DNA of 64,000 nt from Paraspadella gotoi (GCA_051294375.1 CM119268.1:15059897-15123896), one strand, 5' to 3'; shown: positions 13,683 through 28,643, counted from the first letter of the stretch. A program made the numbers and translations. The notes: generated from the sequence alone by a model not told the origin.

Positions 13683-15149
13683 TCTCTCTCTCTCTCTGCT
13701 CTCTCTCTCTCTCTTTCTCTCTCCTGGTCACTCCCTTGTTCCGGACCGGAAGTGGCTTCTCTTGATGGAGGAGATCGTTAATCGCGATGACGCGTCAGCC
13801 CCGCGTTTTAAGCGAAGTTTCGGTCGTTTAGACGTGTAGTGTGACCGGTTGTACGATGTTGCCGCTGAACGATTAAGACAGGGCGTTGGCCGGCGTTCGA
13901 CCCTCGAAATTCCAGATGTTCGGAGGAATCCGCGATCGCATTTCTTGGTTCTCGCGTGCAAATTTAAACTCTTCTCTTCTCCTCAGTCTTACTCTCTCTC
14001 TCTCTCTCTCTATATCTCTTCTCTCTCTCTCTCCTGTCTCTCTCTTCTCTTTTCGAGCTCTTTGATTTTTCTGCTTTTTCGCTTTATGTCAATCGGCTTA
14101 GTTTCTCTTTAATATCCATCTTTCATATTATGTCAATTTCGCAATATGCTTCATTGCTGATCGACATATTTTGATGAAGATAAATACGTGCTTCTTACCT
14201 AATAAAATTCACTAACAGAATGCAAGCTTGACTAATTGTATTATATCTGAAAAAGCAATGATGAGAATGAGATGAACAATCGCCACCTTTTTTTTATCTT
14301 CTTTCCTTTCCTAAATCCTTTTTTGACCTTTCCTCCTTTGACTCGCTGTCAACAGCGATTGTCGTTTCACTGTCAGGANNNNNNNNNNNNNNNNNNNNNN
14401 NNNGAAAAGGAAGGAAGGAGGAAAAGGAGGAGGAGGAGGAGGAGGAGGAAGAAGAGGAGGAGAAGAAGAAAAGATGGGAAAAAGCCTTAAGAATGAAGAA
14501 GGAAAGAAGAGGGTAGGAAAAGATAAGTTTGTCATTATACAAAACATATACATGAAGGAAGGTATATAAAATTATGAACAAAAAATTAGTATAATGATTC
14601 TTTCTTTTAGTTTTTCGAATTGTATTAGGAATTAGCAAAGTTTGAATTTGTACAATGATTGAAGGCTTGAATGCAAAGCCTAAACATGTCCATTTCTTAT
14701 ACAAATCGTTGTACAAATTCGAACTTTGCTAATTCCGAAAAAAAAATTGTAAGTAGATTTGTAGATCAGATTTTATTTATTAAAGTTTGAGAAAGAACTC
14801 GAAAATTGTCTTCTATGGGAACTTTGAGAAGAAGAACAAAGAAGAAAATCGGCGGAGAGAAAAAAGAAGGAAAACAACAACAAAGAGGACGACGACGACG
14901 ACGACGACGACGACCAGAGAAAAGAAACGAATGACCCGTGAAATTTCGGCCAAACGGACGAGAATTAAGAGCGAAATCGAAAAGAAGTCGGAGAATCCCA
15001 GAAAAGACCATTCGGACATCCGGGGGAGGGGATGGACATCCGGGGAAAAGGGGATTTTGGAAGATAGAAATCGACTTGAGGTTTTGGGAAGAAATAGGAA
15101 AGACAAAGAGAATTAATGTTTTATGGTGGACTAAAATCCACCAACCGTT

Positions 15150-15325
15150 CATCAGCGGCCATTGGTCGCCTCCCAGCCAAAAGGTTCGGGGTTCTAGCCC
15201 GGTGGTCGCCTAGCAGTTAATAGGGACGGGGCGCTTAACCCGCCTGTAACACGGTGTTACAGCCTGATCCGTAGTTCAGGGACTGCTTATAGAACGGTTC
15301 TGTCACTAACAAATAACAATAATTA
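15150..15325 (+). mobile_element. tRNA-derived SINE-like element
   Basis: Acceptor-stem pair GCGGCCA/TGGTCGC, B-box-like GGTTCTAGCCC, anticodon-arm-like GTCGCCTCCCAGCCAAAAGG, a structured body and an A-rich tail; the D-arm is missing. Confidence 0.5.
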
Positions 15326-15808
15326 CTATCTCTTCAGTTTTAGGTTAAAATAATACTAATTGGCTGTCACGATTCATCTATTAATCTATGTAAGAATGAC
15401 CGGAAGTTTATTAAAAACAGAATATTAATTAGTTTATGAAATTATATGCATATCTAAAAATGTAAAAAAATGAACATATTACTATATTTAATGACCTTAG
15501 AACCAAATTACAAATTGTTAAATTTAATATTTAATTTTTAAAATTTATATATATCTTTTTATTGTTTATTTAACTTATTTAATATTTAATTTTATGCTTA
15601 TTTTATTGAAAGAAATTGTTAAATTTCATATTGTGTTGTAACAATTTTATAATCTCCTCGACAAAAAAAATTTGGATACCAACAGCAACACGAAAATCAT
15701 TTCTTCCTTTCGCGCCATTCTAAAATAAATTGTCAATAGGCCCGACCCAGAGGCAATCGGCGAGAAAAGAGAGAGAAAGGGAGAGAAGAGAGAGGAGAGA
15801 GAGAGAGC

Positions 15809-15844
<36 letters not shown>

Positions 15845-16957
15845 AGAGAGAGAGAGAAGAGGAGAGAAAAGTGAGAGACGACGCTGTGGTCATCGCCTTA
15901 CTCAACTCGCGCCGCGGCGAGAAGATAAAGACGAGCCTTTTGTGAATGATGATGGCAAGGAGGCGGAAATTGGTCCCGAAGTCCAACGGGGCCGGACGCG
16001 GCCGGACGCGGCCGGTCCGTAACGGACGGAGGCCGGAGGAAGACGTACATTATGTAGCGCTTTGTCCAACACCGGTCCCACCGCCCTGCGGGCCTCTGGA
16101 AAAGGAGGGGAGCGGCGGGGAGTAGAAATAACCAAACGAGTGTTACGTTGAGGGAAGTTAAGATTAGATTTGGCGGTGAAAGAGGAAGTTGGAAGAGGAT
16201 GAAGAGACTCGAAAGAAAAAGGGAGATCAAGAAGAGGACAAAGAATCATGTAATGCGATTTAAAAGGGAAGAAAAATGCAAAAAAGGGAAATTAAGGCGG
16301 AAACAATTGGGCGAGTGAAAATATTTGAAGAAAAAATATTTATTATAGGAATTCTTTATTTTGCACTGATAAAAGTTTTGGGTTTAAATTGGGAATTTCT
16401 AATTTCTACTTTAAAATAAATCGGTTATCGAAAGCCTAGGGTGAAGCGGGTGGTTTGCATACTCATATTTTCAAGAAAAAACATCGAAGAACAAGGAAAC
16501 AAAAAAGAATGACCCCCCGTCCTTGGAATCGGTTCCGTTCCGTCTCATCGCCATCGATTCCATCCACCGCCATCTAACGTCGTCTCTGTTCAAGTGTTTC
16601 ATCCTCGTTTTTAATCGCGACGCGGACGGGCTAATTATAATTTCCCGCCTCTGTTGTGTTGGGGAAATGGATGGAGGCAAGGTGGAGAGNNNNNNNNNNN
16701 NNNNNNNNNNNNNNNNNNNNNNNNNNNNNNNNNNNNNNNNNNNNNNNNNNNNNNNNNNNNNNNNNNNNNNNNNNNNNNNNNNNNNNNNNNNNNNNNNNNN
16801 NNNNNNNNNNNNNNNNNNNNNNNNNNNNNNNNNNNNNNNNNNNNNNNNNNNNNNNNNNNNNNNNNNNNNNNNNNNNNNNNNNNNNNNNNNNNNNNNNNNN
16901 NNNNNNNNNNNNNNNNNNNNNNNNNNNNNNNNNNNNNNNNNNNNNNNNNNNNNNNNN

Positions 16958-16988
<31 letters not shown>

Positions 16989-19900
16989 CGGCAACATATA
17001 TTATTATTTTGTAACGTAGCTATTTTCTAGTTTTAAGCTTCATAATTATTTAAAAATGAGTATTATGATTGAAGTGTAAAATGAGATGAACGGAGTATTT
17101 TGTCATAACTCCTCGAAGAATATTCATAGAATATTTAACGTTCAAAGAATCGAATTAAAAACAAAACTCAGAGTTGCCATCTCTATGTCACTGCCGCGAC
17201 TTTAAAAAAAAAGGCGTGACAAAAGAGCCACGGACGCGTCGCCGCTAGATAAACGTCATTAAAGCCGGGAATGTTTTTATTGGCAATTACTTTCATTGGT
17301 TGAGCTCGGCCAAAGTTAATGCGCGGAAGAGACTCATCTTTCTTTTTATTATTTTTATGTTGTTTTTTTTTCTTGGTTAATTTTTTTACCTTGCGAAATA
17401 TCTATAAGCAAATTGTTTTTTTTAATTTTTCTGGAGGTGGTCTTGTCGCCATGAGTTGTTTGTAGCATCAACCTATCTGTTACCGTTAACAAAATTACGG
17501 CTACTTTTATATTTCGCGCAAACAGAGTTCCACGACGCCACAGCTGCTTAATTAGATAATTGATTTTAATTTTCTCTTGCTTTCTATCGACTCCTCGAGT
17601 TTCATTTTCTCCATTTCTGTTTAGTTTCTTGGTTAATTCGTGATTAATTCGCAGTATGGCGAACGTCGCAGTAAAGCCTCGACCATTGCGTTTCAAAATT
17701 TAGCTTTTAAGAAATAAAAGCATAGAAACAATGTGACAATTTCATAAACCTGTTACTTCCAGTTCAACTTCAACGCGCATTCATTCTTTCGAATCATTCG
17801 AAAAAAATGTTTTCCTTTCCTCTTTCATCTTTACTTCGAGCCCGCCTTAAAATCGGAGATTCCGCCCACGAGATTTTATACGAATTCTCCTTCTCAACGC
17901 TTTCTCTTCCTTCCTCCGCTGCCTATTCTTTCATTTTTTAAGTTTTTTTTGTTTTACTCNNNNNNNNNNNNNNNNNNNNNNNNNNNNNNNNNNNNNNNNN
18001 NNNNNNNNNNNNNNNNNNNNNNNNNNNNNNNNNNNNNNNNNNNNNNNNNNNNNNNNNNNNNNNNNNNNNNNNNNNNNNNNNNNNNNNNNNNNNNNNNNNN
18101 NNNNNNNNNNNNNNNNNNNNNNNNNNNNNNNNNNNNNNNNNNNNNNNNNNNNNNNNNNNNNNNNNNNNNNNNNNNNNNNNNNNNNNNNNNNNNNNNNNNN
18201 NNNNNNNNNNNNNNNNNNNNNNNNNNNNNNNNNNNNNNNNNNNNNNNNNNNNNNNNNNNNNNNNNNNNNNNNNNNNNNTGTCGTTACGCGGTTTATTTAG
18301 TTTACTAAAGCGGAACTGAGTTGAAGATTTAAGGAGGCCGTTAAAAGGAGACGCGGAGATTCGCTTTCGTCGCGAATTTCTCCGTTCGCCTGTTCACTTG
18401 TTTCACTTTGGCTTTGAAAGGTTTACTTTTTTCTCTTTTTCTTTACTCCTTTTTTTTTTCTTTTATTTTCTTTTCTCGTGGTCTTTTGTTTTTTACCCTC
18501 GTTTGGTCTTTGGGTTAAACGGTCTGTCGCTTTGTTGAGCTCCTGTGAGAACTGGAGAGGAGAAAGAATAACGACTTCCATTGAAAAGGTAAGAGTGGAA
18601 AAAGAAAATTAGGGAAAGGTACGAAGGATATTTCATCCTTTGACCTACTATGTGGGATTGTATATAATGCAATATAACTAAATAAAAAAATAAAATAGTC
18701 TCGAATGAATCTTGAAAAAAAAAGAAAATTACTATCATTATTGTCAAATCATCATTACCCCTTCTTTTTTAAATGTTTTCTTTTAATTAATGAATTAGAA
18801 CCAAGCAATAAATTTGGATAAAGCTCCGAAATTTTTCTTGAAAATCTCCGTTGACACTAAACGCTAACGGACACCGTCAAACAAAATCCACTATTTCGCG
18901 TTGCCCTCGTTATCTCGCGCCTTTCGGGCCGATGACCGTCGATCGACCCCGATCAACTCATGGATCCTGATGACGCCACACCCTCCAATCCACAACCCCC
19001 CGCCCGACCACCACCCCTCGCCACAACCGTCGCCCTCCAATCGCCGCATAGGAAAGGGATTATGCAAAACGGAGGATCAGTCCCGTTCTCTCCCCATTTG
19101 AATTTCCGATGCCGCGGAAGAAGAACGAAGGAAGGAGACAATAATTTGATAGGTGAAAAAAAAAAGGGAAAGGGAGACAGAAAAAAATGTAATAAGAGGA
19201 AGAAGAAGAAGAAGATGGAAGAAGATTCGGGAGGAAGAAGAAGATGACATCGAGATTTCGTTCCTTCTTTTCTTTTCTCGTTTGCATATCTCGCGGAAGA
19301 AGATTTGACGGGGAAGGAGAGAAGAGAAAGAGCGGAGGAGATAAAAGATTCTCAGAAAAGGACGGTGTGTGAGAAAGAGATGGTGAGGCGAGGAGAGATG
19401 GGGTGAGTTGCATTACGGGTAAAGAGGTCACTGGCTGAGGCCATGTCAACAAAGCATTCCAGGTTCCATCGCTCCGCTTTTCGCAGCATATACAATCAAC
19501 TGCCGAGACGATTTGTCCGCTTCCCATGGCCAAATTTTTCTCTTTCTATTATCTATATCTCAAAAAATTCCGTGTTCGTCATTTAATCAAGTCTCCTTCG
19601 CGGTCGCGACTTCTTTTTTTCTCTTCGGTCGCTCGTCTCTTCCGCCGCGCGCCGCCGCCTGTGCCCCCGCCCGCCGCCGCCCGCCGCCGCCGCTGCCCCC
19701 GCCGCCGCCGTCGCCCAAGCCGCCGCTGGACGCCGCCGTCGCAGCCGCCGCTGACGCCGCCGTCGCAGCCACCATCCCTCCCTCTTTTCACTGCCGATGC
19801 GAAAACCGCAGACGCTGCTGACCGAGACGTCAATTTCGATTTATGCCTCGCGGGTTCGAGCATGAACTCTTTCTCTCTCTCTCTCTCTNNNNNNNNNNNN

Positions 19901-22202
19901 NNNNNNNNNNNNNNNNNNNNNNNNNNNNNNNNNNNNNNNNNNNNNNNNNNNNNNNNNNNNNNNNNNNNNNNNNNNNNNNNNNNNNNNNNNNNNNNNNNNN
20001 NNNNNNNNNNNNNNNNNNNNNNNNNNNNNNNNNTTTTTCCCAGCTTCTCAATTTCTTTTCTAAATTTTTCATGTCAAGTTTATAGACCGCCCTCAGAATA
20101 TCTCAATTAATTTCCATAGAGGATTAGCGATTTTTTAGAAAGTGATCACATATAGTTAGCTCAAAATTTTTTTTTCAGAAATAAAAGAAACAATTTGACA
20201 GTTAAAACGATAAAAAGATAAAAAGATAAAAAGATAAAAGAAACAATTTGACATTCAAACGATAAATATTTTGTATAAACAGAGATTTTAGACTTCTTGG
20301 AAGGACTGAAAATTTGTTTTAGGCTTCACATAATTGTTTTATAATATAAACAATTAAACATCAAGAAACGATATCGTTACAGATATTTAAGAAAGCGCTA
20401 GAGGACGCATCTTTGTTCCCTTTCCGCGTCGCCATTTTAAGTTCCTCCAACTCTCCCCCACGGCCACGCCCCAACTCTTCGTCCCAAAGCATCTCCGCCC
20501 TCTTCCGGAGCAGAAACGAAAATGTCGATTTCGATTCCCGGAAGGAATTCGCTTCGACGCCGAAATCCGAGACGACCGCCAGGGGGCGCTGATTCTCTCT
20601 CTCACTCTATCTTCTAGTTATTTTCTTGGTTAAACACCGTTGACCTCCTTAATAATTGGTTGGTCATTCTCGTTTCTCCATGAGGTTATATATACCGATT
20701 CCTCTTCACGTGACATTTTCTGAACTTAGCTGTCAGCCCCACTGCTCTTCGTTTACACGTTTCCACGCCTCCCCTTTTTTTTCGGAGGGGGAGGTGGGGT
20801 TTCCGCCAGTTTCGTGAACTTTTTCTCCTCTCGTCAACTTATTTTATTCTTTAATCCAAACGCGAGATAAACCGAAACCTCACGGTCTCACACCCTCACC
20901 CTTCCACGCCTCTCACCCTTCAACCCCTTCTACTCCGCTCCCCCCCCCGTAACTTTCCGACCGCCTCTCCCGCCCCTCGGCTTGGCATCGAGAGCCAGAC
21001 GAAGGTCCCTTGGGTTAGGAACTCGGGGAAAAGGCGGCGACGACGACGACGACAACGACGACGATTCCGGCAGGAGTTGAGTTTAAGGAGTTAAGAAGAG
21101 AGAAAATTCAAACTCCATCGGAGCTAAAATGGAGATAAAAGAGGAAGGAGATGGGATGAAGAGAGAGAAACGGAAAATGGCGCTCGATACTTTGGTTTAT
21201 TTATTAGTAATATTGAGTTTTCAAGAAATAAAATGTACTTAACAAATAACTTAAGTTTCTTTCAAACAATTGTCTAATCTTCCCCTTTGAGAATATAATA
21301 AATAAATGTTGGGGTTGAATTGTATGAATAAAATTGAATGGTTAGGTTCTTCTGAAAGTTTACATATTTAAATATGTAATCTTAGATAAATGCTAAAAAC
21401 AAAGAAAAATTGATGTATCCTATCTACTCCAATATCTCTCTCTTCTCTTATCCTCTCTCTCTCTCTCTCTCTCTCTTCGTCTCTCTCTCTCCTCTGTAGA
21501 CGCTATGTATTTCTCATTCTTCTTCCTTCTAACTCTGACTTGTCCTCTTACTTTCTGCCTCCTCCTCTTCTCTTTTTCCATCTTCTCCTCCTCTTAGAAT
21601 TTTCTTTCATCCCTTCTTTCTATTCCTAATTCCCTTCATCCCCTTTTTCCTCCGTCCCGCCTCTCTTTGCCTTCCTCCTCCGCGCAAAAGAAGATCATGT
21701 CATTGATAGCGAGGCGTGCCAATTGACGGATGAGGTAACAGGGTTGGGATCGAGTGGCGTGATAAAACCTCCGCTTTTAAGGCGGAAAGAGAAAAAAAAG
21801 GGGGGGCGGATAGGAGATCCAACGAAGAGCATGGTCGGAAACGGGGAAAAGATGAGGGGGAGACAAATTCGAAGGTATGCCTTGCATGTTCATAAGCTAA
21901 ACGCGAATCTTGGCAATATTTTATTGTTGATTATCTAGTAAGTTCCCAGGGGTAAATATTTCTAAAAGTGGTAATTTTGTATAGTTTTATTTTTCAGAAC
22001 CAATGGAGGTACATGTATTTATTATGAAGACATTATTAATTACTAGAGCAATTTACATTAAACAATCAAGATCGTTCAATTTTGAGACGTTAACATACGA
22101 AACAGTTCTCTACTTTTCGAGATCATAATCCAATGATATCAAAAGTTCCAGCCGCCGCTTTGCAAACCCCATCCACCGACCCCCCCCCCCTTGGAACTAT
22201 TT

Positions 22203-23591
22203 TCACGTTTGTGCTTCTGGTTTAAGTCTCCTCCACGACCCAAGGAACATAAAGAGAGCGACAATGTAGAGAACGATCTCGATGCCGAAAAGGACGTAGA
22301 TGTTCTTCCACAGCATGGCGCCGGCCCAAAGAGGCCCCACCACGTTGGCCAAAGACGTTATGACCTGTTGCGATCCTTGGCCGATGCCTTGTCGATCAAC
22401 CTCCAATAATTTGGAGAGGAGGGATGTAGCAGTCACTCTGTGAGAGATGAAAACAACAGTAAAAAAAAAAACAAATAAAAATCCTCTTAAAAATATTTAA
22501 TACTCACGTGATGCAGGGCACGGAAATGAAGAAAAAAGCGAATCCGACGAGGACGAGAAATTGCCAGGCGGTGCGACTGTCCAATTCGACGTAACCGGCG
22601 AAGCTCAGCGGTTGTTGACGAAGGATTCGGTTGGAGATGATCTCGTCCGAGTGATTCATTGCTTGACCGTAAGCGGCCATCAGCCAAAGGATGGACAGAA
22701 TGCCGATCGTCTGGGGGAGAGAGGGGAATGGTTGGAATATTTTCTGTCATTACGTACATACAAGAATAAAAAGAAAGTAACTTAAACATTAACCGAGAAG
22801 AAACTAAAATTAAAACAGGCTTGTTTGTATTGAAAAGTATAAATTAAATTACAATACAAATACAACAGCTTAATGCGTTTTCTTGTTCCTTTTTTTTTGT
22901 TTTTAGTCATGGCGTCCAGTAACTCAAAGAGGCACTTTTAACTTTTGCTGTCTGTCTGTCTTTTTTTAATTCCAAATAAATATGACTGAAAGAAACTATA
23001 TATATTTTATATATTTATGTTTACAAATCGTGGTAAAACCCAATAAATCCTATAATATGCAAATGAGACTTTCGGTTACTAAACATCATAAAGTTTTTTT
23101 TTCTTTTTATTTTTCTACACATTCTTGAAATACATATAAAGTTACATTTGTTGACCGATTGATCGATATAATAAAAAATAAATTAAAGATAGAATCAAAA
23201 TTTAAACATGTCATCCTTATTCGGGCCACGACGATCGCTCCTTACTTCTCCTTACCTGAATCACCAAGAGTATCGTCCTGTCGTCGTACTTCTTGCTGAT
23301 TCTGTGCAGCACAAAGTAGGCGGCGATGACGGCGCCGCAAGCGATGGAACCAAACATGGAATTTGCGATGATGGTCCAACCGAAGAGAAAGTCCATGAGG
23401 GGAAAGGCCGCCGTCTCGATGGAGACGAGAGATAGGGTGGAGGTGAAGGACGAGGCCAGAGGGTCACGATGATCTTAAGAGGAGACGCGGCGGGGGGGGG
23501 CGCGATGGAGTTCCAGGGGATTGTGCTTAGTTTGGAAGATTTTAACATCGCTGAATTATATTGTAATAATGTGCAAATAGAGAAATTCAAG

Positions 23592-23633
<42 letters not shown>

Positions 23634-25825
23634 CTCGTCATAAATATACAAATCCCAAGACCTTGGGTCAAAGAGACACCGGAAGGGTGGACACGCTGAG
23701 TTGACGTTGCCTTCGCGCGCTCGAACCTTCGTGGCATCGGCCTCCGCGGAAGAAGCATCAAACGTCTCGTCCAAAGAATCAGAGACGACAGCGGAAGCTT
23801 CCGCGGTGCTGTCAACCTTCTTCGTATTCTCATCCTGCTTCGCGTGCTGCTCGCCAGCGCCGCTGTCGTTGCTGTCGTCCAGGGAGACCGCTTGCATTTC
23901 TCGAGCTTTCGCAGCTTCTTCTTCGGATTTTTCGAGCAGTCTCACTTCCTAAGTAAGTTTAAAGAATAGTACCGTATTTAAAATTAACCACTCGGTAATT
24001 AAGCTAAAAAATTCAGAATTATACATATAATGTGCAATTATACATATAATAAGCATTTTTATTAGTATCTATGATTAATGATTATATCTTAATTTAAACT
24101 TGTTGTAAGGAACAAGTTAATAACTTGTCTTTTTAATAAATTTTCAAAATCCCTGCAAATTTGAGAACAATTTTAAGATCTACACAGTAAAAGTATTGTT
24201 TTAAAAATATCTTCAATTCTAGTACTAGTAGTAGTTTTTTTTATTTTAATATGTTTTTGTTACAAATTCAAACCTGAAGATTAAAATAGAAAAAGCAACT
24301 GACGATTCCGAGCAAAATAAAGAGGAAGGCTGAGAAGAAACCAGCGCCCGAGTATTTATCGACGAGGATCGTGTGATAGAAAATCCAGAAGTCAAAGTTG
24401 GCCAGCACGAGGTTCACGGCCGGGCCGGCGAGGTATCTGTCAGGTTAGATTCATATATTTTATTATGGCTTAGATTTTTAAACAGAGCGACAAATATGAG
24501 GTTTTAAGAAAGATCTTTTAAAAAAGGACTTATAAACTTATAAAGTCATATCAACAAAGAAGAGACTAACCCAAGTTGTGGAAAAACCATGATGATAGTT
24601 ATGATGCCCGTACGTTCTTCTGGCGTCGTCGTCCGCGTTATGTCAGTTAGCAGCGCCGGTCGGCACGACCAGCCGGCGCCGCAGAGAACGCGGCCCCAAA
24701 AAACCAGCCTGTCAAAAGAGGAATAAGAATGAAAATCGTCTTTAACAACAGCAGAACAATTTAAAAAAAGTTTAGAAATTACATTTTTTCTTTATTTTCT
24801 TCTCTTTTTCCTTTTACGATTGTATTGGAATAAAATATCACATAAAAAATCTTTAAAAAAAAAAAATATTTTAAGCCTTTGATGAGAAATTTATTTACTT
24901 CTAAATTAAAATTTTTAAAATCATTTTAAATTTCATTGCATTAATGAAACCTTCGATGAAACAAAAGGTAAGTCATACAAAACAACCGCAAACAACGACA
25001 ACGACAACAACAACCTCTCTTTCTCACCACTTGTTGAAGGCGAGAAAGTAAAGGGAATTTCCGACGATGCTGGCGAGGCAGCCGAAGAGGAGAAGCGGCT
25101 TGGCGGAGGAGAGACGGTCGATGACCAGACCCACGAATGGAGAGCAGACGAGAGAGGTGGCGCTGAAGGCCGCCATGGTCAGACCTAGAGTGGGCGCGGA
25201 AGAAATTTCGATTTTGAGTTGTAATGCTCAAAAATGTGACAATTGACACGTTAACAACAGGAAAAGAAAGCGAATGCGATGAAAGGGAGCTTTTATTTAT
25301 ATTATTATAAATTATAAATTGTTTTCTGGTGATAAGTTAAAACGCGAAAGGATTGAACCTTTAAAAGTAACAAGAAAAATGAAAACAAAATAATTTAAAA
25401 AAAAAATTGATATATCTGTTAGTAAGTGTCTGACTTCCCATTTTTAAACTGTTTTAATTCACAAAGCCTGAAAACACACAACCTTAGGCCCCCTCCCCGC
25501 CACATCGCCACCCCTCACCCAAAAATGCTCCGTCGTCGCCGATACCGAATCTCTGATCTAAAAATTGCCACAAGGATGGCAAAACGACGCCGTACTCGAG
25601 TCCGCCGAAGAGGTAAAAGACGGCGATGATGGCGTAAGTCGACACCTTTTGGAACCTCCACCCCAAAGAGGGAAAGAGGCGTGGCAGGAGGTGCTTGGAG
25701 GGTGGCGCCGGCGGCGTCGGCGGCGTCGGAGGAGGCTCGAGTTGCTCGGGAGGCGACGCCGACTCAACGATTGGGCGGCGCTCGTCCGTCTGACTTTCGA
25801 GACGATCGTTGATACTTCTCAACAT
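22203..25825 (-). CDS. Major facilitator superfamily transporter, MFSD8/CLN7-like, 8 exons
   Basis: Hydrophobic exons GGLEYGVVLPSLWQFL, LVCSPFVGLVIDR, GRVLCGAG, LAGPAVN, ATSLLSKLL..QGIGQG..LANVVGPLWAG match MFSD8-type motifs. One-base indels near 24380 and 23460 are needed to keep the frame. Confidence 0.85.
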
Positions 25826-27174
25826 TGTGTCAGAGATTGGAGAGGGCGTTGGTGGAGGGTAATTGTTTCTTTGTTTATTGTCTAAGACTAATTAGAGGTT
25901 AAAAATTTGCACTAGAGATTCCGTCGATCGTCGATTCTCGCTTGGAAGTTTTTCTTTGCGTTTGTTTGCATTGTTTACTTTTATTATTTGCATTGTTTAC
26001 AGATTTTTTAGGTGTTTTGAAAGAGTGACCACTGAACAGGAGCCTCGCCTTCTTGCAGCTGTCGTTTTTCCGCGTTTCTCAGATCGACGAAATTCCAAAG
26101 GTAGTTTATTTTTAGTCACCAACAAAGAAAATGCAAATACTCTTTTTTGTTTCATGTTTGTTGATTTAAAATCCTCAATAATTTAAGGTTTTTACATTAA
26201 TTTAAAATTAAAAAAAAGAAATTTTCGAAATGACACCCGCTTTCGACTCTTTAAAAAAAGAAACATAGCTTAGTAAAAACAATTAACTTAATAGATAACG
26301 ATTTTCTTTAACGAAAACCATTTACATCCGGTATATTTGGCGAAGAAAGCTTTCGATTGTATTTTACGTTCCCAGCAAATTGAGTTAATACGTGAAAACG
26401 AGATTTATTCCGAATACGAAAACTCGCTCCGACGAAAAGACGAGGCTGACATCGACGAAAAAGACGAAAGACGAGAGACGAAATCGGTCGGGTTTCGTCT
26501 TCTCTACTTTTGCGATCGCCAGTTCAAGGCTAAATCTACAATTCGAGTTTTTGCTTGGTAACACGAGGAAAGGAAGCAAATTTATGAAGGAAATTTAACA
26601 AGGATGTCCTCGGTACGGTCTAAAGTTTTACCGAATGAAAAGTTGTAAGTAAAGTTAATTCAGTATTGATGGACTTTTATTTTATAACTGAGCACAGGTG
26701 AAAACAAACTCCTAGTACTATAATAACGAGGACAACGACCGCGACGAAGATTAAGGGAACGACAGAGAAGGGAGATAATTGAAAACAACTTTTCGTTAAT
26801 CCTCCTCTGCTCTGAATAAAGTTGAAAAATTGAAGAACGTTTGGTTCAAGGTTATGTGGGTTTTTTTTTTTTTTTACTTTAATTATGTCTGCCCTTTCTG
26901 ATTTGGTTCTAAACAAACCTGAACAAATGAAGTTTATGAGAAAAAAAAGCTAAAACTCGAGCAGAGTCGGCGTTCGTTGCTTTTTTCGATGGGAAAAATT
27001 CGATGACATTGAATTTGCAAAAGGAGAACGAAGGGAAATTGAAAGGCTCGACGAAAAAGTGGAATTTCGATCCAGTTATAGCGAGAGGTGTCGTCGAAGG
27101 AAAACGACAGGGGACGGGAAGAGTTGAAAGTAATTTTGTGTATATTAGGAGAGAAAAAGAGAGAGAGAGAAGAG

Positions 27175-27236
<62 letters not shown>

Positions 27237-27454
27237 CAGAGAGAGAGCGCCTGTTGGCAAAATCACAGTAAATTCAAAATCTTTGCCTAAGCGGAATGAT
27301 TCACACTGTGATCAATCGACAATATTTATTTATCGTTTTAAGCGATTGAAACCAAACAAGTGGTTCGAAGTAAGATAAAATGTGAGAGTATACAATAATG
27401 CTGTAATTTCAGATAAATAAATACTTCAAAATAATTTTTGCCCACAATTCGTAA

Positions 27455-27522
27455 TCAGCTGGGCGGGAACCCGAGCCCTTTGGCACAGGAGGAGTCAGCG
27501 CTTGCTCCACAGAAAGCGGCTG
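27455..27522 (-). mobile_element. Degenerate tRNA-like / SINE head
   Basis: The minus strand TGGAGCAAGCG..CCTCCTGTGCCAAAGGGCTCGGGTTCCCGCCCAG has A- and B-box-like motifs and resembles the head of the 15150 element. Confidence 0.35.
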
Positions 27523-28562
27523 CAATTACTAACAGATAGAATTAATGCTATTCGGTTACTCTTGTCATCGAACAAATTTTACAATCAGTTTTACAAAATA
27601 CTGCTAATTCTCATTTGCAATAATTAATTCTACATTTTTAGTTATTAATGGTTTGACTAACGTAATTTGTTTGTTTTATTTCTTGGTTTTATTATATTCT
27701 CATTGACAAATTGCTATGATTGTTCACTTATTACCGATTATTCCAATTGTTAATCTTTTAACAGAGATTTAAAGAAAATCTATGATCATTTGTTTCCATT
27801 TTCTTGGAGCAAAACATCACCTATTTTTGAAAGAAAAAATCATCAAATAAAAAAAAGACTATCCTATGATTTAGTAAATAGTTTTAGTAAATAGTATTTT
27901 ATCTCATAAGTTATAACATAATTATTTATGAAGGCAACAATAATGATAACTATGAGATTGGATATTTTGGCAGTGATGACGTTGATAATGAAAACTTCAA
28001 AATTACTCCTCATCAAACAACCTGTGAATTGTGTATGAATGAATGAGATATCTGAGAATCAGGAAACTCAATATCTTCGGTAGAGTTTAGCCAATTCTTG
28101 AAAATAAAAGGTTTTAAACTTCTATTAATCGAATTGAATTTACCTATACTTAATTTTATTAAGCAAGTAATCAAAAGGATTAAATAACATTTAACTTTGA
28201 TTGAATTGGCAAATTAAACTGAGACAATCGCACCAAATAAACATAGTAGAAATTAGAATCTGCCCGATCTGAATGGACTGGATGAATATATCACTCACAA
28301 CTCTATAAAACAAAATCATTTATCTTTATTTTTATCACAGGTTTTCCTACATTTTAATGTAAGAATCCCAGCCATTTTTAAAATGTTTTAAAAAGCCTAC
28401 AGTAGCGTCCTAACACGACAAGCTCGTACCGGGGGCGGCGGTAGGGGCGATGATTCACATTCCTTTTAAAACAGGAGCTGCCGCAGCGGGAAATACGCGG
28501 GAGAATAGTCAGCCGCTGCGACGGAAAGCGGGTAGCAGCAGCTGTGCAACTCTCTCTCTCTT

Positions 28563-28643
<81 letters not shown>

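Noticed and set aside
11895-20032. ORFs containing X runs
   Set aside because: They span assembly gaps (N), mostly next to AG/CT tracts.
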